Positions 9,991 through 20,153 of a stretch of DNA of 64,000 nt are shown here, in pieces. The DNA is from a candidate division FCPU426 bacterium (lineage in GTDB: Bacteria > Oederibacteriota > Muellerivitia > Muellerivitales > Muellerivitaceae). Within the stretch, counting starts at the first letter, position 1. Every line of letters starts with the position of its first letter. The position numbers were made by a program, and so were the translations under genes. The stretch covers positions 896,001-960,000 of the forward strand of contig CAVRAL010000004.1 of assembly GCA_963719085.1 (NCBI GenBank), in the 5' to 3' direction. The notes below the pieces were generated by a model that saw only the letters and a program-made list of their open reading frames with translations, had not been told where the DNA came from and searched no databases.

Positions 9991-11418
9991 TTAGTCTTTT
10001 TTTCGTTTGGGCGCGCCGGCGAGCTGGTAATCGAAAATCTCGCCCACCTTGCTTCGGGATAGCTTGCCGGACAGGTGCAGGCCTTCCAATACGAATTCCA
10101 CGCAGGAAGCCTGGTACACTTCCGAGTTTTTGCCGGTCAGGTGATGCACAGGCTCCCAAATTTGGGGAAGCTGGGAAATGACATCCTTGTATTGGCCCGC
10201 GGGAGTTAGCTCCGAAACCCGGATATGTTTTTCGGCGGTGATCTCGGGGGCCGGGATTTCCAGGTGTTCTTTTTCCATTTGTTCCTTAAAGACCTGGGCG
10301 ATGGCCTTGTCCATGATCTTGCCGAAGACCTGGAACTCGGTGACGGTTTCCTCACGGAAAGGATCGAGGTCAATCTTGCCCGAGGACGAGGTGTAAAGGT
10401 AATTGAGGTCCGACATGCGGGGCACGGCTTCCGGCTCGCCCAGCAAATAGGCCCGGCGCCTGGCGTTGGCGATCATGGTCTCGTAGTTGGCGATCGAAAG
10501 CCGGGCCGACACGCCCGATTTTTGGTTCACGTAGGGGCTCTTGCGGGCCTCGATGGTGATCTGCTCGATGATCTCGGTCATGAAGTCGGGGATCGTGAGC
10601 TTCACGTCGTCCTTCAAGGGAACGGTGGCTTCCTGCAAAATGATCTGGATGCCCAATTCCCGGGTTAAGGGATAATGGGTCCTAATCTCGGCGCCGATGC
10701 GGTCCTTGAGCTGGGTGATGATCTTGCCCGCGCGGGTGTATTCCTCGGGGTTGGCCGTGAACAAAAGCAGGATGTCCAGGTTGAAACGGATGGGAAAGCC
10801 CCGCACCTGGATGTCGCGCTCTTCCAAAATATTAAACAAGGCCACCTGCACCAAATATTCCAGGTCGGGCAATTCGTTGACGGCGAAGATGCCGCGGTTC
10901 ATGCGGGGGATGAGGCCGAAGTGGATGGCTTCCTCGCTGGCCAGCGGGTTTCCGGCGGCCACCTTGGCCGGGTCCAGGTCGCCGATGATGTCGGCGATCT
11001 TGGTGCCGGGCGAAAGACGCTCGCCATAGCGCGCGTCGCGGCCGATCCATTCCAGGGGAAGCGCGTCGCCTTCTTGGGCCAGTTTTTTCAGGCAGGCGCC
11101 GCAGATGGGGTGATAGGGATGGTCATGGATCTCACAACCCTTCACCACGGGAATTTCCTCATCCAAAAACTGCACGATCGAGCGCATGAGCCGGCTCTTG
11201 GCCTGGCCCTTCTCCCCCAAGAGTACGATGTCATGGTGGGACAAAAGCGCGTTGGTGAGCTGGGGGATGACTGTTTCCTCAAAGCCGTGGACTTTTGAGA
11301 AAAGCGGCTCCCCGGTCTTCAGCTTTTTCAGCAGGTTCTTTTCCAGCTCCTGTTTGACCGTCAGGTCGGCGTAGCCGGAGGCTTTGAGTTCACCGAGGGT
11401 CATGGGTTTGGCGGACAT
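9991..11418 (-). CDS. Magnesium chelatase-like AAA+ ATPase (Rv0958-like)
   Basis: LGEKGQAKSR Walker A, NRGIFAVNELPDL, TANPEEYTRAGKIITQLKDRIGAEIRTHYP. Confidence 0.9.
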   Translation of the reverse strand: MSAKPMTLGELKASGYADLTVKQELEKNLLKKLKTGEPLFSKVHGFEETVIPQLTNALLSHHDIVLLGEKGQAKSRLMRSIVQFLDEEIPVVKGCEIHDHPYHPICGACLKKLAQEGDALPLEWIGRDARYGERLSPGTKIADIIGDLDPAKVAAGNPLASEEAIHFGLIPRMNRGIFAVNELPDLEYLVQVALFNILEERDIQVRGFPIRFNLDILLLFTANPEEYTRAGKIITQLKDRIGAEIRTHYPLTRELGIQIILQEATVPLKDDVKLTIPDFMTEIIEQITIEARKSPYVNQKSGVSARLSIANYETMIANARRRAYLLGEPEAVPRMSDLNYLYTSSSGKIDLDPFREETVTEFQVFGKIMDKAIAQVFKEQMEKEHLEIPAPEITAEKHIRVSELTPAGQYKDVISQLPQIWEPVHHLTGKNSEVYQASCVEFVLEGLHLSGKLSRSKVGEIFDYQLAGAPKRKKD

Positions 11419-11530
11419 GGGAAATCCTTCTTAAGGAATGAAGTGTAAGGTTTCAATCTTACGGCTGAGGCACAGGCGGATGCAAGGGGAGGGGGTTTTA
11501 GAACGCATTTCAAAAGCCTAAAAACAAGAT

Positions 11531-11630
11531 AATTTTCACCACCAAGGCGCCAAGACACCAAGAAAGAATTTTTCGGTTAAACAAAAGGTTCTTGATGCTT
11601 TGCCTTCCTTGGCGTCTTGGTGATGAAATT
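11531..11630. repeat. Intergenic long hairpin, family A
   Basis: AATTTTCACCACCAAGGCGCCAAG...CTTGGCGTCTTGGTGATGAAATT. Confidence 0.8.
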
Positions 11631-11654
11631 GGGTTTGCTGATTCAGGGTTCTTT

Positions 11655-13559
11655 TCAACGGGACTCCTGCCCCAAATTCCAATAAACCCAGCCGATCCGC
11701 TCCAGGGAAGGATGGGCGTTGGAAGGGCAATCGTCCCAATGGCGGGCTCGAAGCAGGGCGAAGGGAAGGCGTCTGGGTTTCTCCGCCAAGGGCTCGCCCA
11801 ACCACAAGGCGGCGCCCGAGGGCTTGGCTAAAAGGGCCGGATGCGCTTGCCAGTAATAACGGTGAAAGGCCCCGGGCAGGTAAGAAAAGACCAGCACATT
11901 TTTATCCCGGTTTTTCACCACGATTTCCGAGAGCGAATAAATGATCCGGGCGAAGTGGTCGGGAAAATCAACCGAAGAGGCGGTGAGGCCAAGCTCGGGG
12001 TGGGAGTCCTCCAGCTCCGTGACGCCCCAGGTCTCAAAAAGGGTGAAGGGTGGAATCACCCGCACATCGGGCCTTTGGCCCTCAACGACCTGGAAATAAT
12101 CCAGCGGGAAATAATCCTCGTCGCCTTCAGCGAAAAAGACGGCGTTTCGGGGAGCGGATTTTAAAAGGTTCTCGCCGTAATCATAGCGGAGCATTTGGTT
12201 TTTCTCGTCGCTCATGGAGAAGTTGGAAACCACTTGGCTCATGGGCAAGGCCGCCACCAGCAGGGCCCAAAGGATTTTAGGCAGCGGGCTCGCGGCGCGC
12301 CTCGAGCCGTAATCAGCCAGCTTCCAAAGGCCGACTCCCGCCAAAAGGGCCAACATCCAGTTGGTGGGCAAAAGAAAATTGTCCATAAACCATCGGCTGT
12401 TGAGATAGGGGGGAATTAACAACGAGGTATAAAAAGGAAAAAGCAGGGTGGCGCAGGAGACCAAAATAAATAAAAGCGAACGGCGGGCCACGCCCGTCTG
12501 GAGCCAAAACCAAAGGCCGCCCAGGGCGAAACTCAGGCCGCCGATCTTCAGATCCACCCAAAGATGGACCGGGATCTGGGCGTTTTGGATTTGGGTCATC
12601 TGCTCCCAGGTATGGCTGACCCTGGCCCAAGGGAAGTGGCCGGCGACGGCCGCGAGGATTTGTTTGGTCAAATCGGGCGCCTGGCCCGCCACATAAGCGC
12701 GGCGGACCGCCAGCTTAAAATAATCCCAGTTTTCCGGGTCCCCCAAATTCAATACCGGATGGAAATGGGCCCGCAAGGGAAGATAAAGGCCGATCACCGA
12801 GAGGCCGAGCAAGGTAAAGCTGGAAAATTGAAAAGTTTTTTTAAGCCAAAGCCCGGGCGCGGGCCGAGGAGCCTTGCCCGGCCGCAGGATAAGAAAAAGA
12901 ATCAGCGCCGGGATAAAAAGAATTTGGATTTCCCAATAATGGGACAATCCGATCCCCGTCAGGAAAAAGGCCAGGGCCGCCCAGCGCTTTGCGCTTGGCT
13001 TGCCGGCGTCCCGCGGATCCAGCCGAAGCAGGCAATAGAGGATGCCCAAGAGCAAAACCATCTCGAAAAGGTAAAGGCCGCCTTTGGCGCTGAGCGCTTT
13101 TTCCCAATAAGTTTTAGAAAAGGCCAGGAGCAGGGAAGCGCTGAGGACGCAAATCCAGCCGGTCTTTGAAAAGGGCGGGGCCTTGGGGCGTCCGGGCTGT
13201 CTCCCGGGGCGCTGGGCCAATGCCGATAAAACCAAACGCGAACTCAACGCGAATAAAACCACGCCCAAAGCCGCCAGCGCGGCCGACCCCGCGTTGACCC
13301 GGAAACAAGGGCCGCCGAGCGCGAGAAAACCGGCTAAATGATTCAAAAGGGCGGCCAGCGGGTAGCAGGGTGGATGGGCGAGGCCTAAGCTAAAACCGGC
13401 CAGGATGCTTTCGGGCGAATCGTCGTCCATAAAGGAAGGGCAGAGGGTGAAAAGGTAAACGCCGAAAACCAAAAGAAACAGGCCGGCGAAAATCAGCCTG
13501 TCGGTGGAACCCGAAAGGGGCTTGGCGTCAGCCGGAGATAACCGGGTTTTCGAAGGCAA
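11655..13559 (-). CDS. DUF2723 / TMEM260-like GT-C glycosyltransferase
   Basis: YLFTLCPS..DDSPE..LGLAHPPCYPL, LYLPLRA..LNLGDPENW and GDEDYFPLDYFQVVEGQRPDV. Confidence 0.85.
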   Translation of the reverse strand: MPSKTRLSPADAKPLSGSTDRLIFAGLFLLVFGVYLFTLCPSFMDDDSPESILAGFSLGLAHPPCYPLAALLNHLAGFLALGGPCFRVNAGSAALAALGVVLFALSSRLVLSALAQRPGRQPGRPKAPPFSKTGWICVLSASLLLAFSKTYWEKALSAKGGLYLFEMVLLLGILYCLLRLDPRDAGKPSAKRWAALAFFLTGIGLSHYWEIQILFIPALILFLILRPGKAPRPAPGLWLKKTFQFSSFTLLGLSVIGLYLPLRAHFHPVLNLGDPENWDYFKLAVRRAYVAGQAPDLTKQILAAVAGHFPWARVSHTWEQMTQIQNAQIPVHLWVDLKIGGLSFALGGLWFWLQTGVARRSLLFILVSCATLLFPFYTSLLIPPYLNSRWFMDNFLLPTNWMLALLAGVGLWKLADYGSRRAASPLPKILWALLVAALPMSQVVSNFSMSDEKNQMLRYDYGENLLKSAPRNAVFFAEGDEDYFPLDYFQVVEGQRPDVRVIPPFTLFETWGVTELEDSHPELGLTASSVDFPDHFARIIYSLSEIVVKNRDKNVLVFSYLPGAFHRYYWQAHPALLAKPSGAALWLGEPLAEKPRRLPFALLRARHWDDCPSNAHPSLERIGWVYWNLGQESR

Positions 13560-13735
13560 TGGGCGCTCCCCTGGAAGTTCCTAACGGGAAAGCCTTATTA
13601 TCCTCGGGAGGGCGCTGAAGGGCCAAGGTTAATTTAACCCGCCTCAAATTTTGAATAAAAATTTATTTTTCGGCTAGAATGAAACCTCAACATTCCCTTT
13701 CACCGAATCCCTGAACCTAAAATAAGGAAGTCCGC

Positions 13736-15343
13736 ATGTCAGCCATCCTGGGTAACTCACTGCCGCGCTTTTTGTCCGTCGAGCCCAAGGTGACCCTGGT
13801 CAATACCTTCACCAAGCCTTTCGACAACGCGGTGGCCACGGCCCGCACCTGTTATTCCAGCAAGGGCATCGTGACCAGCGAGCAGGTTTACGGCGAGGGG
13901 TTGGATGAGGGGAAGCAGGCCGAGCGCCGCCAAAGGCGCGATGACCTGGCCCGGTCCATCTACAAGGCGGGGCACCACACCACGCTCCAGCACGCGCATT
14001 TCCAATTCGCGCTGGAAAATGTTTCCCGCCAGTTCATCTGGAGCTTTTTACACAGCCATCCCTTTTATAACTCCGAGCAGGTGTCCCAACGCTATGTCAC
14101 CGTGGCGCCCGACCAAGTGGCCCGGCCGCCCTTGACGGGAGAGGCTTCGGCGATTTACGACGAGGCGGTGGCTTTCCAGACCGCGTCCTACCAGGGTTTC
14201 TCGGAAAAACTGAAGGGCTTGGTGGGAAGCGAATATTCCAAGCGCTTTAAGAACATCGACCTGAAAGATAAAAAAGGCGCCACCGCGGTCCAAAAAAAAT
14301 CCCAGGAAGTGGCCCGCTATATCCTGCCGGTGGCCACCTTCGCTTATCTATACCACACCATCTCGGGGCTGACGCTGCTTCGCTACTGGCGCCTTTGCCA
14401 AACCTTTGACGCGCCTTTGGAACAGAGGATCGTGGTGGAAAAAATGGTGCGGGCGGTTTTGGAACAGTCGCCCGAGTACGAGGCGATCCTGGAACAGCCG
14501 ATGGATTTCGAGTCCACCCCGGAGTCCCAAATGTATGAAAGTTTCCACGCGACCCACGCCACCCATAAGGCCTTCCGGGACGAGTTTGACGCCTCGCTGG
14601 AAGGGCGCGTGTCCAAGCTCGTGGATTATTCCAAGAACGGCGAGCGGATGCTGGCCCACGCGGTGCGGGAAGTATTCGGCCTGCCGACTTCCGCCTTGTC
14701 CGATGACGAGGCCATTGAGCTGGCCTTGAACCCGGGCAAAAACAAATATCTGGGGGAGACTTTAAACGTCTCCACGCACAGCAAATTATCCCGGGCGCTG
14801 TTTCATCCCCATTACACCTTCCGCAAAAAAATCTCCCACGCGGGCGATTCCCAGGACCAGCGGCACCGCATGACGCCGGCGTCCCGGCCGATTTTGCACG
14901 CGCTGACCCTGGATGAGCCCGATTACGTGGTGCCCGTTTTGATCCAGCAGGACCCGGCTTTGGAGAAGGAATTCGCCTCGATGATGGAACGCACTTGGGA
15001 CTCGATCGCCAAACTTAGGAAATTGGGAGTCAGCGGGGAGTCGGCGGCTTATCTTTTGCCCAACGCGGTGGCGGTGCGCTTTACCGAGTCGGCGGACCTT
15101 TTAAACCTGCACCACAAGCACGCCATGCGGCTTTGCTATAACGCCCAGGAAGAAATCTGGAAGGCCTCGGTGGATGAGGCCCAGCAGGTGCGCGAAGCCC
15201 AGCCCCGCATCGGTAAATGGCTGCTGCCCCCTTGCGGTCTCCGGAGCCACGCCGGGACGCTGCCGAAGTGCCCGGAGGGCGAGCGCTTTTGCGGCGTGGT
15301 GGTGTGGAAAAAGGATTTGAACGACTACACGCGGGTCATCTAA
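13736..15343 (+). CDS. thyX: FAD-dependent thymidylate synthase, long two-domain form
   Basis: GHHTTLQH, SEQVSQRY, EVARYILP, QDQRHRM and RLCYNAQEEI motifs. Confidence 0.85.
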   Translation: MSAILGNSLPRFLSVEPKVTLVNTFTKPFDNAVATARTCYSSKGIVTSEQVYGEGLDEGKQAERRQRRDDLARSIYKAGHHTTLQHAHFQFALENVSRQFIWSFLHSHPFYNSEQVSQRYVTVAPDQVARPPLTGEASAIYDEAVAFQTASYQGFSEKLKGLVGSEYSKRFKNIDLKDKKGATAVQKKSQEVARYILPVATFAYLYHTISGLTLLRYWRLCQTFDAPLEQRIVVEKMVRAVLEQSPEYEAILEQPMDFESTPESQMYESFHATHATHKAFRDEFDASLEGRVSKLVDYSKNGERMLAHAVREVFGLPTSALSDDEAIELALNPGKNKYLGETLNVSTHSKLSRALFHPHYTFRKKISHAGDSQDQRHRMTPASRPILHALTLDEPDYVVPVLIQQDPALEKEFASMMERTWDSIAKLRKLGVSGESAAYLLPNAVAVRFTESADLLNLHHKHAMRLCYNAQEEIWKASVDEAQQVREAQPRIGKWLLPPCGLRSHAGTLPKCPEGERFCGVVVWKKDLNDYTRVI

Positions 15344-15355
15344 GACAAGCACATT

Positions 15356-15486
15356 TTTACCGCCAAGACGCCAAGTGAGGCAAACCGAAAGAATTAATTT
15401 CTGGGAGATTTTTCTCGGGTTTATTGAAAGATTGATCAAAGAGTTTATGAGATTTACTTGGCGAACTTGGCGTCTTGGCGGTGAAA
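15356..15486. repeat. Intergenic long hairpin, family A
   Basis: TTTACCGCCAAGACGCCAAGT...ACTTGGCGAACTTGGCGTCTTGGCGGTGAAA. Confidence 0.8.
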
Positions 15487-15489
15487 GGG

Positions 15490-16668
15490 TTAGGCCTTTA
15501 TCTTTCGCGAGTCCCACAACCCCAACAAGACCCCGCCGACCAGGGCTCCCGCGCTGAGGCCGAACAATAAGTGGTAAGAACCCACGCGGTCAAAAAGGTA
15601 GGAATAGCCATAGGCCACCAAGGCCTGGGTGAGCGAGAATGCCGCCGTCATCCAGCCCCAAACTTCACGTTGTCCGGTAAGCCCCGCCAATTGTCCGGCC
15701 CGTCCCAATACTAACGACACGATGCTCATGGCCAATATCCCGACGGTGATGACCGAAGCCGCCAGCGCCAGCGGGTTTTGTAAAAAGATCGCCAACAGGT
15801 TCGCCGCCGCCATGCCGGCGAGGCTGATGAGAATCCCGTTTTGAAAACCAAACTTAGGCCCCAGCCAAGACCCCACAAAAGGCCCGACCAAAGATCCGAA
15901 TCCGAACAACAGCCAATTGAACGAAGCGGCGCCCATGGAAAGCCCCAAGCCCCGGACCAGGTAATCGACCCAAAAAACCGTACAAGGCACCAAGCCGGTC
16001 GCGCTGGCGCAATAAAGGAAAAGCAACACCCAAAGGGGACGGCTCATGCGGGCCGCCGCCTCGCCGGACTCCGTCAAGGTCAATAAGGAAACCGGAGGCG
16101 GCCACACGCGCCAAAAGGCGAAGGTCAAGACGAGCGACAAGCCGCCCAATCCCAGCCAGGCTCCGGTCAACCCTTTATGAAGTAAAAAGGGAAGGGCGGT
16201 GGCGGAAAAAATAATCCCCAATCCCAGCCCCGTGAAGATGAGGCCCCGAAGGCGGTGCCGAAAAGATTCGGGCGACTGGGCTAGAAGTGTGGGCGCGGCC
16301 AGGATCATCAGAAACGCGCCGACCACGCCGACAATGAAGCGCCAAAAAGCGAACCATAGAAAGGGCCCGGGCCGGGCGCAAAGTAAAAATCCGGCGGAAG
16401 CCGTCAGCATGGAAAGGCGGATGAGCCAGGGCACGGAAAAGCGCCGGGCCAAGGGGCCGGCGGCCAGCGACCCGACCAAGTAACCCACTAAATTCGAGGC
16501 GCCTAAATAATCAGCCTGGGCCACAGGGAACCAATGTGCCTGAACCAAGGCGGGAATGAACTGGGCGAAAGAAAAACGGCCGAAGCCCACCCCCACCCAA
16601 ATGGCGGAAAGCCCGGCGAGACCAAAAAGCCAGGGGAAGCTGTTTTTTTCAGGGGCGGTGGGGGACAT
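15490..16668 (-). CDS. YbfB/YjiJ family MFS transporter
   Basis: GVGFGRFSF and LGASNLVGYLVG; ~12 TM. Start adjusted to MSPTAPEK (GGAGA RBS). Confidence 0.85.
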   Translation of the reverse strand: MSPTAPEKNSFPWLFGLAGLSAIWVGVGFGRFSFAQFIPALVQAHWFPVAQADYLGASNLVGYLVGSLAAGPLARRFSVPWLIRLSMLTASAGFLLCARPGPFLWFAFWRFIVGVVGAFLMILAAPTLLAQSPESFRHRLRGLIFTGLGLGIIFSATALPFLLHKGLTGAWLGLGGLSLVLTFAFWRVWPPPVSLLTLTESGEAAARMSRPLWVLLFLYCASATGLVPCTVFWVDYLVRGLGLSMGAASFNWLLFGFGSLVGPFVGSWLGPKFGFQNGILISLAGMAAANLLAIFLQNPLALAASVITVGILAMSIVSLVLGRAGQLAGLTGQREVWGWMTAAFSLTQALVAYGYSYLFDRVGSYHLLFGLSAGALVGGVLLGLWDSRKIKA

Positions 16669-16785
16669 CGTTTGTCTCCTGGCGTAAGGTGTCCCTACCT
16701 TAAGAAAAACAGGGGATGAAAGAAAGACCCTCTGGGATTTGAATCCGCTTGCGCCCAAACGGCTTTTCATTAAACTAGGCGGCCT

Positions 16786-17508
16786 ATGGGCCAACCAAGA
16801 CTCATTCTTTTTGATATCGACGGCACCCTGCTTTCCACCGACCGCAAGGCCTGGGAAAACCCTTTCAAGGACGCCATGGAAGCGGCCCTGAAAGAAATCG
16901 GCGAGCCCCAATCGATCGACACCTCCAGCTACAAGCCCGGGGGCAAGACCGACACCCAGATCATTTATGAAATTTTAGACGCGAACGGGTTTCCCGAGGA
17001 AACCATCGCGCGGATCTTTCCCGCCATCCGGAAAAAATACCTTCAGCTTTTGCGCGAGACCGTGGAAAAAAATCCCGAGTATGTGATGTTAAAGCCCGGC
17101 GTGAAGGCGCTTTTGGACGAGATGAAAAAAAAGCCCGAGCTTCTTTTGGCGCTTTTGACCGGCAACTTTGAGGAAGGGGCCCGTATCAAATTGGGAGCCC
17201 ATGGGCTCAACGGCTATTTCGCTTTCGGCGCTTTCGGCGAGGGAGCCCGGGTGCGTTCCGACCTTCCGCCCCGGGCGGTGGCCTTGGCCCAAAAGCACAA
17301 TCCCCACCCCTTCGCCAAAAAAGAAATCGTTATCATCGGGGATACCCCCAACGACATCCATTGCGGGCGTCATTTGAGCGTCCGGGTAATCGCAGTGGCC
17401 ACCGGGCCCTATTCGCGGGAAGTGCTCAAGGCCGAGGGCGCGGATTTTGTCCTGGCCGATTTGTCGGATAAAGCCAAAGTATTTGAAGCCATCGCCGCCG
17501 AGCTTTAA
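16786..17508 (+). CDS. HAD family hydrolase
   Basis: LFDIDGTL, LLTGN and IIGDTPNDI motifs. Confidence 0.9.
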   Translation: MGQPRLILFDIDGTLLSTDRKAWENPFKDAMEAALKEIGEPQSIDTSSYKPGGKTDTQIIYEILDANGFPEETIARIFPAIRKKYLQLLRETVEKNPEYVMLKPGVKALLDEMKKKPELLLALLTGNFEEGARIKLGAHGLNGYFAFGAFGEGARVRSDLPPRAVALAQKHNPHPFAKKEIVIIGDTPNDIHCGRHLSVRVIAVATGPYSREVLKAEGADFVLADLSDKAKVFEAIAAEL

Positions 17509-17594
17509 CCTTCCTTTTTTGTAACCTCTTTCCAGGTTTCCTTTTATACAGGCACGAAGACTATTATGTGCTTATGCACCCTTGGAGGGGTTTT

Positions 17595-18191
17595 ATGAAA
17601 AAGGTCATTGTCGGATTCTTTTTAATCCTGGGGGCCGTCCTTCCCTGGGCTTGCAGCTCCTCCACCTACACTCCCACCAGCCCCGCGGGGCCGACGCCCA
17701 CGATTACGAATACCAAAACCGTGACCTCCACACCGACCATTACCAGTACGCCGACGGAAACGTCCACCCGCACGGTCACCCACACGCCGACCACCACCCG
17801 GACTCCGACTCCAACCGCGACGGTCACCTCCACACCGGCGATTTTTGTGTCGACGGAATCGAACTCAAGTTCGGCGACGGGTTTTTCTTATACCGCCTCC
17901 GGCGCCACGGTGAACGCCGATCAATCCATCGCCCTCATCGCCAACGTGGGGGACGTCATTCAAATTGAGGCCAACGGCACGCACCCCCTTTATTTTTACA
18001 AAGGCGGCGCGGGCAGCTGCGTGGTGTCGGGATCGACCGTAAACCTCACCTATACCTTCCCCGCTTCGGGGACCTATTATTTCCATTGCGGAAACCATGG
18101 GAATAATTGCGGGGGAACCGGGTTCAACGGCAATACCACCTGTTCTTCCACCAGTTGCACGGCCATGGCGGGAAGCATTACGGTGCCTTAG
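17595..18191 (+). CDS. Putative lipoprotein: Thr/Pro linker plus cupredoxin-like domain
   Basis: Signal peptide ending in WAC, Thr/Pro-rich tract, HPLY...GTYYFHCGNH...MAGSITV. Confidence 0.65.
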   Translation: MKKVIVGFFLILGAVLPWACSSSTYTPTSPAGPTPTITNTKTVTSTPTITSTPTETSTRTVTHTPTTTRTPTPTATVTSTPAIFVSTESNSSSATGFSYTASGATVNADQSIALIANVGDVIQIEANGTHPLYFYKGGAGSCVVSGSTVNLTYTFPASGTYYFHCGNHGNNCGGTGFNGNTTCSSTSCTAMAGSITVP

Positions 18192-18235
18192 GGATTTTTA
18201 AAGGTGGAAGGCCTCCGGAATTTGTTTGCCGGTCC

Positions 18236-18266
18236 AGGTCCCGGTATTTCGCCGGGGCCTTTTTTT
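18236..18266 (+). terminator. Intrinsic terminator
   Basis: AGGTCCCGG/CCGGGGCCT stem followed by a T-run. Confidence 0.65.
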
Positions 18267-18268
18267 GT

Positions 18269-18302
18269 TTCGCCCTTTTTTAACCACTCGAAGGAGGGCG
18301 AA
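18269..18302. repeat. Family C hairpin (TAACCACTC loop)
   Basis: TTCGCCCTTTTTTAACCACTCGAAGGAGGGCGAA, closely similar to the copies at 6866-6972. Confidence 0.7.
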
Positions 18303-18390
18303 CCTATAAAATCTCAGTTGCAAAAAGCTCCTTAAGCCGGGAAGATACAAAACCGATAGCCGTCGGTACTCTTCTCCCAAAGGAATTTTA

Positions 18391-19224
18391 ATGACCACCC
18401 ACCTACGCTTGGCCCATAGCCCGGATGCCGATGACGCTTTTATGTTTTACGGCTTGGCTAAAAATAAGATCGATACCGAAGGCCTGACCTATGAGCACAT
18501 CCTCAAGGACATCCAAACCCTTAATGAGTGGGCCAAGGAAGGCCGCATGGAAGTTACCGCCATCTCGGCCCACGCCTACGCCCATGTGAAAGACAAATAC
18601 GCGGTCCTGACCCACGGCGGAAGCATCGGAAAAAATTACGGCCCCCAGATCGTGGCCAAATCGAAAATCACGATGGAAAGCCTGAAGGGCAAAAAAATCG
18701 CGATCCCGGGCAAACTCACCAGCGCCTACCTGGCGCTCAAGATCCGCTTCCCCGACTTTGTGGAAGTGGTCGTGCCTTTTGACGAGATCATGGACGAGGT
18801 GGTGAAGGGAACGGTCGACGCGGGACTGCTCATCCACGAAGGCCAGCTCACCCACGCGGAAAAAGGATTGGTTAAAATTTTAGACCTGGGCGAATGGTGG
18901 TATCAGGAAACCAAACTGCCCTTGCCCATGGGCCTCAACGCCATCCGCCGCGATCTGCCCGAGGACGTGAAGGCCAAAGCCTCCAAACATTTGAAACAGT
19001 CCATTCAATATTCCCTGGATCATCGTCCCGAAGCCCTGGATTACGCCTTAGGGTTTGGCCGCGGCCTTTCCCGGGATGTGGCGGATAAGTTCGTGGGCAT
19101 GTGGGTCAATGAGCGTACGGTGGACATGGGCGAAGAAGGCAAAAAGGCCATTCGGGAATTTTTGGAACGGGGGGAAGCGCTCAAGCTGATCCCGCCGGTG
19201 GGCGAGATCGAGTTCGTGAACTAG
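18391..19224 (+). CDS. mqnD: MqnA/MqnD family protein, likely 1,4-dihydroxy-6-naphthoate synthase
   Basis: LAHSPDADDAFMFY, GLLIHEGQLT and DLGEWW..ETKLPLPMG. Confidence 0.85.
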   Translation: MTTHLRLAHSPDADDAFMFYGLAKNKIDTEGLTYEHILKDIQTLNEWAKEGRMEVTAISAHAYAHVKDKYAVLTHGGSIGKNYGPQIVAKSKITMESLKGKKIAIPGKLTSAYLALKIRFPDFVEVVVPFDEIMDEVVKGTVDAGLLIHEGQLTHAEKGLVKILDLGEWWYQETKLPLPMGLNAIRRDLPEDVKAKASKHLKQSIQYSLDHRPEALDYALGFGRGLSRDVADKFVGMWVNERTVDMGEEGKKAIREFLERGEALKLIPPVGEIEFVN

Positions 19225-19245
19225 AAGGATCGGGGAGATTTCGCC

Positions 19246-20031
19246 ATGCATCCTTTAGAAGTGGGCGCCGCCCTGATTTATCGGGACGGCCAATACCTGA
19301 TTACCCAGCGCAAGCCCGAGGATTCTTTCGGCGGCTTTTGGGAATTGCCCGGGGGCAAACGGGAGCCCGGCGAGGACATGGAAGATTGTGTCCGGCGCGA
19401 GTTGAAGGAAGAGCTGGACCTGGAGGTCACGATCCTGGGTTTTTTTCGAATCGTGGTTTATCCCTATCCCCATCGGCTGGTGAAGCTCAATATCTACTGG
19501 TGTTCCATCGCGGCCGATGCCGTGCCCAAGGCCATCGAGTGCCAGGCCTATAGCTGGGTGAACCCCCAGGAGCTGACGAATTACACCTTCCCCGAAGCGG
19601 ATCAAGAACTCATTCACGAGCTCTCGAAAAAGCCCGCGGGCAAAGAGTCCTTTCCCCGGTCGCGCGATTATCCGGACGAATATTTGGAATTTATCCGGCT
19701 TTTCAACCGGGGATTTTATTTTGAGAGCCATGAGTTATTGGAAGAGCTTTGGCATCCTTCCCAGGGGAAGGACCGGCTTCATTATCAAGCCCTAATCCAA
19801 ATGGCGGTGGCCTTGCGGCATGTCCAACACCAAAATTGGCCGGGGGCCCTGGGGCTTTACGCTAAGGCCAAGGCCAAATGGGCCGAGCTTCCGGAAAGCT
19901 ACAAGGGGATTCATTTAAAAAGTTTGAAGCAATCGCTGGATCCGCTGTTTGACCAAATTCAAAAAACCGTCGACGCGGGCCAAACTCCCGCCGATCTTCC
20001 CGCCATCCCCAAGATCCCGCTGCCGAATTAA
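19246..20031 (+). CDS. MutT-like NUDIX hydrolase fused to DUF309
   Basis: Nudix box GGKREPGE...RELKEEL; C-terminal LFNRGFYFESHELLEELW...ALIQMAVA. Confidence 0.85.
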   Translation: MHPLEVGAALIYRDGQYLITQRKPEDSFGGFWELPGGKREPGEDMEDCVRRELKEELDLEVTILGFFRIVVYPYPHRLVKLNIYWCSIAADAVPKAIECQAYSWVNPQELTNYTFPEADQELIHELSKKPAGKESFPRSRDYPDEYLEFIRLFNRGFYFESHELLEELWHPSQGKDRLHYQALIQMAVALRHVQHQNWPGALGLYAKAKAKWAELPESYKGIHLKSLKQSLDPLFDQIQKTVDAGQTPADLPAIPKIPLPN

Positions 20032-20048
20032 AAGAAAAAAGCTGTGGG

Positions 20049-20138
20049 AACAATGATGAACGCAGATACACGCAGATGATAAAAGGATAATTCTAATTGG
20101 GTTGTTTTTATCGGCGTCCATCGGCGTCCATCATTGTT
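20049..20138. repeat. Intergenic long hairpin, family B (CGCAGAT units)
   Basis: AACAATGATGAACGCAGATACACGCAGAT...ATCGGCGTCCATCGGCGTCCATCATTGTT. Confidence 0.8.
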
Positions 20139-20153
20139 AATTGAAGTTAATTT

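Noticed and set aside
8089..11418. AAA+/VWA pair as a novel or defence system
   Set aside because: Widespread known gene pair (Rv0958/Rv0959-like) with no accessory genes here.
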